In this document: piece by piece, positions 8,888 through 17,385 of the stretch
Numbering within the stretch: the stretch's first letter is position 1
Layout: every line of letters starts with the position of its first letter
Made by a program: the position numbers and the translations under genes
IMG/VR virus record: IMGVR_UViG_3300010362_000073
Span: 1-30,486 of that record
DNA length: 30,486 bases
Origin: a virus
Taxonomy: Duplodnaviria; Caudoviricetes
Reading direction: 5' to 3' (one strand)
Notes under the pieces: model-generated
What the model was told of the DNA's origin: nothing
Databases searched by the model: none
The model's input: the letters and a program-made list of their open reading frames with translations, nothing else

Positions 8888-9204
8888 TGGCCGATCCGAA
8901 AGGCCCGCCGCTCGTGACGCTCGACGAGGCAAAGGCCCACTTGTATCAGGAGTGGACGACGGACAACGACGCCGACATACAGCGCAAGCTCGAAGAGGCC
9001 TCGGCCATCATCCGCGACTACCTGAAAAAGCGGAACGACGAAACGTGGACCGCCGAGACGGTGCCGCTACCGCTGAAGTCGGCAACCCTCGTAATGCTCG
9101 ATCACTTGTGGGAGGACCGAGGCGGCGATTCATCGAGAGACGAGGACGTGTGGAACGCGATCAACCGGCTTGTGATCCGGTTTCGTGATCCGGCGTTTGC
9201 CTGA
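8887..9204 (+). CDS. Head-tail connector (HK97 gp6-like)
   Basis: 'LVTLDEAKAHL...ASAIIRDYL...ATLVMLDHLWEDR'; position in operon. Confidence 0.88.
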   Translation: MADPKGPPLVTLDEAKAHLYQEWTTDNDADIQRKLEEASAIIRDYLKKRNDETWTAETVPLPLKSATLVMLDHLWEDRGGDSSRDEDVWNAINRLVIRFRDPAFA

Positions 9205-9566
9205 TGTCCGTTGCGAACCCGCCGAACACCGTGCCGACCGCATCCATGCGGATGCTCGTCGAGGTCTTCGGCCCCGGCTCGCTGCAGCCGGACGGCGCAG
9301 GCGGATGGATCGAGGCTCCAACGCCACTGACGCCGCCGACGTGGCGCTGTGAAATGCACCCGGCCTCGGTGCGCGATCTCGAACGGAAGACGGCCGGGGC
9401 CGTCGTGACAACGGCGACGTTCGTGTTGACCGGGAGATATCACCCGCAGATCGACACGCAAACCACGATTCGATTTCAGGGCCGCACCCTTTACGTGAAC
9501 GGCGTGCAGACGCCCGACGAACGACGGATCGAAACGATTGCCTTTTGTTCGGAACAGGCAGGATGA
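9204..9566 (+). CDS. Head-closure / head-tail adaptor
   Basis: 'PDGAGGW', 'RYHPQIDTQTTIRFQGRTLYV'; position. Confidence 0.82.
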   Translation: MSVANPPNTVPTASMRMLVEVFGPGSLQPDGAGGWIEAPTPLTPPTWRCEMHPASVRDLERKTAGAVVTTATFVLTGRYHPQIDTQTTIRFQGRTLYVNGVQTPDERRIETIAFCSEQAG

Positions 9567-10021
9567 GCGCACAACAGGGCCTTGCCATCGAGCTTCACGG
9601 CTTCGAGGAATTTCGAGCCGAGCTCCGAAAACTGCCGCGCGATCTGGCGCTCGGGGCCGGAGTGATCGTGCATCAGACCGGGGACATCGCCGCGAATTCA
9701 ATCCGGTCGGCGTATCTGCAACTCCCCTACGCCGCAGCCGGTGAGGCCTTTGCGAAGGCCACCGTCGTTGAACCGATGGACACCGGCAACGTGCTTGCGG
9801 CCGGAGTGCGCGTGCGGAACAAGTCGAAGCTCGCGGACATCTTCGAGATCGGCGCGGCCTCTCGACGCACGGCTGCGGGAGCCGCACGCGGCAGCATCAC
9901 GCCGGGTCACGTGTTCGTGCCTCGGGCCGTCCTTGCGCGTCGTCGCATGTGGGGCTCGCTCGTTGGCCTCTTGGAGTCACACGGTTTCGTCGTGAAGGGC
10001 GTACTCGATGACACCGCCTAG
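9563..10021 (+). CDS. Putative tail completion protein (HK97 gp10-like)
   Basis: 'IELHGFEEFRAELRKL', 'IFEIG', 'HVFVP'; position. Confidence 0.65.
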   Translation: MSAQQGLAIELHGFEEFRAELRKLPRDLALGAGVIVHQTGDIAANSIRSAYLQLPYAAAGEAFAKATVVEPMDTGNVLAAGVRVRNKSKLADIFEIGAASRRTAAGAARGSITPGHVFVPRAVLARRRMWGSLVGLLESHGFVVKGVLDDTA

Positions 10022-10451
10022 CCATCAGATCACGATTGCGATTTACAACGCACTGGCGAACGACGCCAACCTGAAAGCGTTGTTGCCCGATGGCATCTGG
10101 ATCGGATACGCCCTGCCGATCTCGGCCACGACGCCGCGCACGAAGTTCGGCATTCTCGATCTCGTGCCGCTCGTCGGGCAGGACATTGCGGAGTTTGGCC
10201 ACCGTGCGTACGAGACGCGCCAGTACATCGTGAAGGCCGTGACTCGTGACCTGTCACCGGTCAATGCGAACAACGCCGCGCAGCGCATGAACGACATTCT
10301 CGAAGACGTGCCGATACCGGCCACCGGCTACCGGTGGGCGAGCTCGTATCGCATGTGGCCGATTGAAGCCGTGGAAGCCGATGAAGTTGATCCGAAACTC
10401 GCGTGGCAACACCGGGGCGGGTACTACCGGGTGCAGTACGCAGTTGCGTAA
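10008..10451 (+). CDS. Putative tail terminator
   Basis: 'AIYNALANDANLKALLPDGIW', 'WQHRGGYYRV'; immediately before the tube gene. Confidence 0.65.
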   Translation: MTPPSHQITIAIYNALANDANLKALLPDGIWIGYALPISATTPRTKFGILDLVPLVGQDIAEFGHRAYETRQYIVKAVTRDLSPVNANNAAQRMNDILEDVPIPATGYRWASSYRMWPIEAVEADEVDPKLAWQHRGGYYRVQYAVA

Positions 10452-10463
10452 GGAGAACAAGCG

Positions 10464-10877
10464 ATGGCGATTCTGACAGGACGTTACGGACAGGTTCTCT
10501 ACGATCCGGCCGGTGTGGCTCCGGGCACGCCTGTCGAGATCATCTCGCTCAACGCATGGGCGGCGAGCTTCAAAACAGATCGGATCGAGGTCACGTGCTT
10601 CGGTGACGTGAACAAGGTCTATATACCCGGCATGAAAGACGTGTCTGGCACCCTCGGCGGGTTCTGGAATTCGAGCGAGACCACATTGTTCGACGCCGCC
10701 GATCAGGACACGCCGGGCCTGCTTAAGCTCGTGCCGAACAAAAACGAGGCGACGTTCTTTTGGTCGGGCCTCGCCTACATGGACGCGGATATCGATTGCG
10801 GCGTGAATGACGCGCCTGCGGTCTCGGGCACGTGGAGCGCGGCCGGGCCGTGGACACGTGAGCCGGTCACGCCGTAG
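10464..10877 (+). CDS. Major tail tube protein
   Basis: Strong AAGGAG RBS; 'EVTCFGDVNKVYIPGMKDVSGTLGGFW' tube motif. Confidence 0.85.
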   Translation: MAILTGRYGQVLYDPAGVAPGTPVEIISLNAWAASFKTDRIEVTCFGDVNKVYIPGMKDVSGTLGGFWNSSETTLFDAADQDTPGLLKLVPNKNEATFFWSGLAYMDADIDCGVNDAPAVSGTWSAAGPWTREPVTP

Positions 10878-10881
10878 TCGG

Positions 10882-11190
10882 ATGTTTCAACGCATCACGC
10901 TCCGAGGGCCGCAGGCCTCGATCTCGTGGAATGGTCGCGAGGCCGTGAAGCTCGGGGCGTGGAGCTTGAAAAAGCCCGAGCGCATCGAAGGAGAAGGCCC
11001 GCAGCCGTTCGAGCTCCGGGCCTCGATTGCCGGGCACGTCGATTCGTTCTCGATCACGCAGCGCCCGCTTCTGTTCACGGCACCGAGACGAGGCGGGCGG
11101 CTTGCCGGGTTTTTCTGCTTCCCCGTTCAGGCCCTGCACGTGACCGGTGACAACCAGATCATCGCCACGCTCGGGCCACCGGAGTACTGA
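10882..11190 (+). CDS. Hypothetical tail protein, possible tube paralogue
   Basis: N-terminus LRGPQASISW...KLGAWSL parallels the tube's LTGRYGQVLY...SLNAWAA. Confidence 0.55.
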   Translation: MFQRITLRGPQASISWNGREAVKLGAWSLKKPERIEGEGPQPFELRASIAGHVDSFSITQRPLLFTAPRRGGRLAGFFCFPVQALHVTGDNQIIATLGPPEY

Positions 11191-11191
11191 C

Positions 11192-11587
11192 ATGGGACGC
11201 AATCGATTCGTCACACCGAGAACGGTGCGACTCACTCTCAGCGACGGCGACTGGATCGACGTGAAGGAACGGCTCAGCGTCGGTGAGGCGCGGTATGCCT
11301 CGTCGAGTTTCATCGGCGCGTACAAGACCGATGGCTCTCGATTGCCGAACCTTGAAACCCTCGGTATGGGCAACGTGCTCGCGTATCTCGTGCGGTGGTC
11401 GTTCCGGGACGCGAACGATCTGCCGGTCTCGGTGTCGCTCGATTCGTTGAAGGCGCTCGATCTCGACACGTATCGAGAGATCGAAGATGCCATCGAGGCC
11501 CACGAGCAACGTGTGGCGATGGCCGCATCCGAGCAGGAAAAAAAAGTCCCGGAGACTTCCGCGCCCGATGCATCTCCGACTTCGTGA
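11192..11587 (+). CDS. Tail assembly chaperone (gpG-like)
   Basis: Upstream of the TMP; 'WSFRDAND' motif; contains a slippery A-run. Confidence 0.8.
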   Translation: MGRNRFVTPRTVRLTLSDGDWIDVKERLSVGEARYASSSFIGAYKTDGSRLPNLETLGMGNVLAYLVRWSFRDANDLPVSVSLDSLKALDLDTYREIEDAIEAHEQRVAMAASEQEKKVPETSAPDASPTS

Positions 11588-11700
11588 TCTGCCGCGAAAT
11601 GCATTGGACGGTTGCCGACATTGAGGCGTTGACCGTCGATCAGTACGACGTGTTGATCGACTGGCTCACCGAGCAGTGGAAGGTTCGCAGCGGGAAATAA
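11536..11700 (+). other. Programmed -1 frameshift site and gpGT-like extension
   Basis: GGAAAAAAAAG at 11536-11546 (A AAA AAA in frame). The -1 frame stays open to TAA at 11700 and encodes 'ICREMHWTVADIEALT...', ending 3 nt before the TMP start. Confidence 0.8.
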
Positions 11701-11703
11701 CCG

Positions 11704-14700
11704 ATGGCCCTCTCCGCTACATTCGTTGCCGACTTCTCGTCGTTCCTTGCTGCCGTCGACAAGGCCGACGCGAAGCTGAAAACCTTCGAGCAGGATGCCT
11801 CGAAGGTCAATAGCACTCTGTCTCGATTCGGCAATCAGTTCAGCGGCCAGAAGGTCATACAGGACGCCGTGTTGATGGCGAAGGCCATCGAAGAGATCGG
11901 CGGCGTGTCGAAGCTCACCGAGGACGAACTGAAGCGCGTCGGCGTCGAGATCGAACGAGCCATCGAAAAGATGGGCAAGATGGGCATCGAGGTTCCGCCG
12001 CAACTGCAGAAGTTGGCCGACTCGATCAAGCCCATCGAAGACGATCTGAAAAACGTCGCCACGCAGAGTGACAAAGCGGCCTCGGCGGCAACGACCGACG
12101 CCGAGAAAATGTCGAAGGGCTTCAGCGGCGTGCACAGCGTCACCGAAGCCCTCGGCAGTCAGTGGGGCAAGTTGGTCTCGGCCTTCTCCGCGTCGAGCCT
12201 CATTGATCGGGCCGTGGGGTCCGTCGTCGACTTCGGACGCGCCGCCGTCGAGACGGCCTCGAAGTTGTCGGACCTATCCGCAAAGACCGGCCTTAGCGTC
12301 GAGCAACTGCAGCGCATGGAGTACGTCGCGAAGACGAGCGGCAGCACGCTCGACGCATGGGTCGAAGGCGCTCAGAAATTCGGGATCAACATCTCGAAGG
12401 GCACGAAGGACACCGCCGACGCGCTCGACCTGTTGGGCCTCTCGTTGACGAAGGTTCGCAACATGTCGGACGACATGCGGCTTACAACCGTGCTCGATGC
12501 CCTCGGCAACGTGCAGGATGCGAGCACGCGCCTGCGACTCGGTACCGAACTGCTCGGAAAAAGCATGGGCGAGATGGCGACGGGCATCAGTGACGGCTAC
12601 AGCGATGCCGCGAAGGATGCCACGGTCTCGACCGACGAACAGATCCGGCAGATCAAACGACTAGCCGACGAGTGGGACCGCGAGAAGGCCCGGATGGCGA
12701 CCGGCTTTACCTCATTGATGGGCGAGGCCATCAGCAAATTCCGCGCGAGCCCGTACGTGAGCGGGGCTCGGGCGCTGCATGAATTCATCGGGCCGACGTT
12801 GGGTCTCGCTCCGTTGCCGAAGGAGACGACTGCCGCCGAGGACGAGGCCGCGAATGCCAAGCGGGCCGAAGCGGCACGTCAACAGGCCCGGCAGATCGAA
12901 GAGCAGGAACGGCAAAAGCAGGAACGGGAACGCATCGAGAAGGAGAACGCCATCGCCGCGAAACGCGCCGCCGAGCAACGAAAGCAACAGGCCGAGGAAG
13001 ATCAGAAGCTCGTCGATCAGTACACCGGTATGGGCCAAGTGAAGGACGTGCAACACACGATGGCCCTGCTACAAAAGGCCGGATCGAAACCGGTCGGTGA
13101 CGCGCTGAACAAATTTCTCGATGATGCCGTCGAGGCCTCGGCCACGTTGAAGAATGCCGGGTACGACAAGGCCGCAGCCGAGATCGATGCGTACGTGAAG
13201 TCGCTGCGGTTGGCCGATACGAGCAATCGATCATTTCTGCAGGGCCTCGAAGTGACGAACCACGCCCTTGCGAATCAGAACAAGGAGCTCCACCCGCTGA
13301 TCGAGGGCCTGTCACAACAGAGTGACCGATACAAGTCGATCATTGCCGGGCTCGGGCAACCGGGCGGCGTGGCCGACACGGTGAAGAAGGCGCAGGAGGG
13401 TTTGAACCCACCAAAGACCGGATTTCTCAGTGGCGTCACCGGCGCATTCGACGATTTCATGGGCGGCATGACCGGCGGCAAGGGCCTCGGCGGCTTCATG
13501 TCGAAGATGGGCGGGCAGATCACGAAGGGCTTTGGCGATGCGCTGAGCGGCGGTCTCAACTCCGCGATCTCGGTGGGCGTGAGCCTTGCCACGCAGGGTG
13601 TGAAAAAAATCTGGGGCTCGCTCACGAATGCCGAGTCTCGGGCCACGAACGATGCCCGCGACAAACTGATCAAGGCCACGTACGGCACCGAGGACGCGCT
13701 TCGCAAGTTGGCATTTCAGGCCGGGGCCACCGACCTTGAAGTGCGCCGCGTGTTCGGGGCACACACGCAGGAGGCCTTTCAAAAATCCCTCGCGGCCGTT
13801 GAGAAGCTGATCGACCGACAGAAGCAACTCGATTCGATCACGAAGTCGTACGGCGGCGTCGACAAGTTCAAGGAACTGGCGCTGCAGGCCGGACTGACCG
13901 AGGAAGCCGTTGCGGGCATCTTCGATCCGAAGAATGTCGATCACTTCACCGATGCAGTCGGCGAGGCGCAGGACGCCATCGAGGAACTACAGGCCGAGCA
14001 GGAAGCCGACGCGAAGCGGCTCGATGAAGCGATTCAAAAATACGGCTTCTCGTTCGACGAGCTCGGGCGGACGCTGCAGAACAAGAAATCGCAGGAGCAA
14101 GCGAAGGAACTGATCGAGGACTGGCGCGTGCTACTCGACGCGGGCATCGACGTGAACAAGGTCAACGAGAAGATGACCGACTCAATCGAGGACTTCGTGA
14201 AGCAGGCGCGGCGCACCGGAGCCGAGGTGCCTGCCGCGATGCGCCCGATGATTCAGTCGATGATCGATCAGGGCCGACTGACCGACGAGGCCGGAAACAA
14301 ATTCCCCGATCTCGAACACGTGGGCCTCAACTTCACCGATGCGATGATTCAGGGATTCGACAAGATCTTGAAAAAGCTCGATGCCCTGCTCGACCGCCTC
14401 GGCCTCGTGCCGAAGGCCATCGATGCGATCCCTGACGAGAAGACGATCACGTTCACGTACGTGTCGGACGATCAGACCACCGAGCCGCGATTCAGTATTG
14501 CCCCGCCCGGTGGGAGCCCGTCACCGGGCACCGGAGGAATTCCGGCCGGGCCGAACCCATCGACAGGCATCGACCCGCCGATCATCACGAGATCGTTTGC
14601 ACGTGGGACGCGCGGGCGGTATCTCGACTTCGGCAGCGGCACGCCCGCGATGCTGCACGGCAAGGAGCGTGTTGTTCCCGAGGGCGAGCTCTCGGCACAG

Positions 14701-14817
14701 GCCGCAGGCGTTCAGGCCATCGTCGATGCCGTGCAGGCCCTGCACTTCTCGGTCTTGCGGTCGATGCGCGACAACGCCATCATGACCCGCGACCAGATCC
14801 AACTTGCCCGCGCGTGA
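11704..14817 (+). CDS. Tape measure protein
   Basis: 1037 aa, Ala/Gly/Glu/Lys-rich and helical; 'LSAKTGLSVEQLQ'; C-terminal 'AMLHGKERVVP'; position. Confidence 0.93.
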   Translation: MALSATFVADFSSFLAAVDKADAKLKTFEQDASKVNSTLSRFGNQFSGQKVIQDAVLMAKAIEEIGGVSKLTEDELKRVGVEIERAIEKMGKMGIEVPPQLQKLADSIKPIEDDLKNVATQSDKAASAATTDAEKMSKGFSGVHSVTEALGSQWGKLVSAFSASSLIDRAVGSVVDFGRAAVETASKLSDLSAKTGLSVEQLQRMEYVAKTSGSTLDAWVEGAQKFGINISKGTKDTADALDLLGLSLTKVRNMSDDMRLTTVLDALGNVQDASTRLRLGTELLGKSMGEMATGISDGYSDAAKDATVSTDEQIRQIKRLADEWDREKARMATGFTSLMGEAISKFRASPYVSGARALHEFIGPTLGLAPLPKETTAAEDEAANAKRAEAARQQARQIEEQERQKQERERIEKENAIAAKRAAEQRKQQAEEDQKLVDQYTGMGQVKDVQHTMALLQKAGSKPVGDALNKFLDDAVEASATLKNAGYDKAAAEIDAYVKSLRLADTSNRSFLQGLEVTNHALANQNKELHPLIEGLSQQSDRYKSIIAGLGQPGGVADTVKKAQEGLNPPKTGFLSGVTGAFDDFMGGMTGGKGLGGFMSKMGGQITKGFGDALSGGLNSAISVGVSLATQGVKKIWGSLTNAESRATNDARDKLIKATYGTEDALRKLAFQAGATDLEVRRVFGAHTQEAFQKSLAAVEKLIDRQKQLDSITKSYGGVDKFKELALQAGLTEEAVAGIFDPKNVDHFTDAVGEAQDAIEELQAEQEADAKRLDEAIQKYGFSFDELGRTLQNKKSQEQAKELIEDWRVLLDAGIDVNKVNEKMTDSIEDFVKQARRTGAEVPAAMRPMIQSMIDQGRLTDEAGNKFPDLEHVGLNFTDAMIQGFDKILKKLDALLDRLGLVPKAIDAIPDEKTITFTYVSDDQTTEPRFSIAPPGGSPSPGTGGIPAGPNPSTGIDPPIITRSFARGTRGRYLDFGSGTPAMLHGKERVVPEGELSAQAAGVQAIVDAVQALHFSVLRSMRDNAIMTRDQIQLARA

Positions 14818-14828
14818 CAGGAGGCCAC

Positions 14829-14963
14829 ATGATCACGGTCCTTACACTGCTGATGCTGATTGCGCTCGGGCTCGTCGTGGGCTCGATCTACGGACGGGTT
14901 CCACTGTGGTCCGCCGTCTTCGTCGTCGTCGTGGCCAACCTGCTTTTCTTGTGGGGCAGGTAA
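14829..14963 (+). CDS. 44-aa two-TM membrane protein (holin-like); not in ORF track
   Basis: CAGGAGG RBS; MITVLTLLMLIALGLVVGSIYGRVPLWSAVFVVVVANLLFLWGR. Confidence 0.7.
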   Translation: MITVLTLLMLIALGLVVGSIYGRVPLWSAVFVVVVANLLFLWGR

Positions 14964-14970
14964 CCGCGTG

Positions 14971-15074
14971 CGGGTGAATGACCGCAGAGCCGCCTGTTCC
15001 TCGTGGAACGTGGCGGGGTTCGGCAGGGCCTGCACTGCCCGGACGACCGAGAAAACGTCACTGCGGCCATCCTG
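14971..15074 (+). ncRNA. Candidate structured RNA (four-way junction)
   Basis: Closing stem ATGACCGCAG/CTGCGGCCAT encloses three hairpins; folded by eye. Confidence 0.4.
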
Positions 15075-15081
15075 ACAAGCC

Positions 15082-17373
15082 ATGACCGGCAATCCGCTCA
15101 GTACGGCGGCTGCACTCGAAGTCGCCATCGTGCGGCCGAGCTTCAAACTTGAGGCGGGCCTCGGTGGCAGCTTCCGCAACAACCTCATCAACGAGTCGTA
15201 CAACGTGGCGACGTGGCCATCGGCTGACTTCACGGCCTTTGGCGGCGTGCCCATGCGGGACATCAGCGGGAACGGGTTCCACGGCACGTGGAACGGCTCC
15301 GGCGTGACACCCGGCGTGCCGTTCGATGTGCCCGAGGGCCTGCTCGGCGGCAACTTCACCGGCTTCGGGTATGGGCAAGTGCCGACCGAGGCGTCACCCG
15401 ATCCGCATTTCAATTTGTCGTTGGCCGGTGGCGACGTGGACATCGCCTGCATTGTGAAAGACGTGCAGAGCACGCCGACCGAGATGTGCATCGTGGCCAA
15501 GCAGCAAGGCAACTCGGTGAGTACCGGCTATCACGTGGCGGTCCAAAACGGGCACGTGAAATTTTTCGTCTCCGTCGCGAACATTCAGCAGGTCAACTTC
15601 GAGTCGCCCGGCTCGATTGCCGACGGCCATCAGCACATCATCACGTGCCACTACCTGATCGGCCCGAAGATCGCCTACATCTTCATCGACGGCGTGCAGG
15701 TCGCCTCGCAGGCGCACACCGGCTTAGAGCTCGGGCTCACAACCGGCCCGCTGCGCGTCGGCCTCTTCTCTGCCGATGCCGTGGGCGACAACTCGGGATT
15801 TAAGGGCACGCTCGGGTATGTGTCGATTGGTCGCGAAGGCGACATCACACTCAATGCGCGACTCATGGCCACGCTCGTGTGGTCGGACCTGACCGACGAC
15901 GTACGCATCGGGCCGAACCCGATGCAATCGCGGATCGGGATCTCCGGCACCGGGCCAAACGATCACGTGGCCACGAGCGGGACGTTCAATTTCACACTCG
16001 ACAACTCGGCGCGGAAGCACGTGAACGGGTTTTACACGCCCGGTCACGCAGGCGTGCGGACTGGGTGGGAGCTCGGCGTTCCGATCCGGTGGACGACGAC
16101 GTTTGCGGGCACGAGCTACCACCAATTCCGAGGACGGCTCGCAACGGTGACGCCGTTGCCCGGCATTCGAGCGGGCAAGTACGTCGACTGCCAAGCAACC
16201 GATTGGCTCGATGTGGCGGCGGGCTCCCCACTCTCGGCCATGCCGCCGCAGGTCAACCAACGGAGCGACAAGGTTCTCCTTGCGGCGATTGCGATGTCGC
16301 AGGGTCGCACGCCCATCGATGCCCTCTCGATTCATGAAGGGCAGGGCGTGTTCTCGTTCGCGGCTGATGTGGCCGATGGCGAGGGCGACACGATCCTCAC
16401 CGAGATCGGCCGGGTGACGACGAGTGAAGACGGCTTCACGTACATCCGCAGTGACGGCACGCTCGTGTTCGAGTCGCACGGTGAACGACCGACCCGCGCG
16501 ATCTCGGCCTCGTTCAACGAGAATATGTCGGGCCTCGAAATCACGTTTAGCCTGCAGCAGTTTTACAACGTCGTTCGTGTGTTCTACACGCCGCGTGCCC
16601 TCGGTGTCTCGGGCATCCTCTACACGCTCGACATTTCGCAGCAGCCGCAACAGATACTTGCGGGAGAGACGCGCATTATCGAGGGCGGGTACGTGGACCC
16701 GAACAACAAGGCCGAGCGCGTCGGCGGGGCCAACATTGCCCCGTTCACACCGAACACCGATTACAAGTTCACGCAGAACAGTGACGGAAGCGGATCGGAT
16801 CTCACGTTGAACCTTGATGTTCAGGCCGATCTCGGGGGCAACTCGTTTCGACTGACGTTGACAAATCCGAGCTCGGTTGATGGGTTTCTTCATCTCACGT
16901 CCACAGTGGGCCTGCAGATTCGAGGCACGCCGATCCTGTTCTACTCGCAGGCCCTCGAAGAGCGGCGCAACTCGCAGAGTGTGCGCGAGCGCGGGCCGCG
17001 CACCCTCTCGATCACGTTGCCGTACGAATCGAGGCCGAGCCGTGTTGCCCAGATCGCGGACGACTATGCGGCCCTGTACGGTCGCGAGGCTCCGAGGCCA
17101 ACGTCGATGACCGTGCACGGCAACCGCAACGCCACGATGCTGACGCAGGTGTTGAAGCTGCAGCCGGGCGACAAGATTACCGTTGCCGAGACGATGACCG
17201 GCGTGACCACGCTCGACGGCTTCATCATTCACGAGAAGTCCCTCACGTATCAGGGCGGGCACATCGTGTCGGGCACGTTCAGTTTGGCCCCGGCCTCGGC
17301 CGGGCAAAATCTGTTGAAGGCGCGGCTCAACGTGATGCGCCTCGGGATCTCGCGCCTGAACTACGTCGGGTAA
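15082..17373 (+). CDS. Tail tip / baseplate protein with N-terminal LamG (ConA-like) domain
   Basis: 'DISGNGFHGT', 'IADGHQHII', 'IFIDGVQVA' LamG motifs; 'FTLDNS', 'YIRSDGTLVF' tail-hub-like motifs. Confidence 0.75.
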   Translation: MTGNPLSTAAALEVAIVRPSFKLEAGLGGSFRNNLINESYNVATWPSADFTAFGGVPMRDISGNGFHGTWNGSGVTPGVPFDVPEGLLGGNFTGFGYGQVPTEASPDPHFNLSLAGGDVDIACIVKDVQSTPTEMCIVAKQQGNSVSTGYHVAVQNGHVKFFVSVANIQQVNFESPGSIADGHQHIITCHYLIGPKIAYIFIDGVQVASQAHTGLELGLTTGPLRVGLFSADAVGDNSGFKGTLGYVSIGREGDITLNARLMATLVWSDLTDDVRIGPNPMQSRIGISGTGPNDHVATSGTFNFTLDNSARKHVNGFYTPGHAGVRTGWELGVPIRWTTTFAGTSYHQFRGRLATVTPLPGIRAGKYVDCQATDWLDVAAGSPLSAMPPQVNQRSDKVLLAAIAMSQGRTPIDALSIHEGQGVFSFAADVADGEGDTILTEIGRVTTSEDGFTYIRSDGTLVFESHGERPTRAISASFNENMSGLEITFSLQQFYNVVRVFYTPRALGVSGILYTLDISQQPQQILAGETRIIEGGYVDPNNKAERVGGANIAPFTPNTDYKFTQNSDGSGSDLTLNLDVQADLGGNSFRLTLTNPSSVDGFLHLTSTVGLQIRGTPILFYSQALEERRNSQSVRERGPRTLSITLPYESRPSRVAQIADDYAALYGREAPRPTSMTVHGNRNATMLTQVLKLQPGDKITVAETMTGVTTLDGFIIHEKSLTYQGGHIVSGTFSLAPASAGQNLLKARLNVMRLGISRLNYVG

Positions 17374-17385
17374 GGAGCTTCTGCG

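Noticed and set aside
13909-13918. Partial match (CGTTGCGGGC-like) to the 18-bp motif inside the TMP
   Set aside because: About 10 bp, lacks the 5' arm; expected by chance in GC-rich DNA.
15724-17307. 527-aa antisense ORF (also 10867-12135, 2011-3264, 655-1479, 3261-4079)
   Set aside because: Antisense shadows of well-supported genes in GC-rich DNA; Arg/Gly-rich with no motifs.
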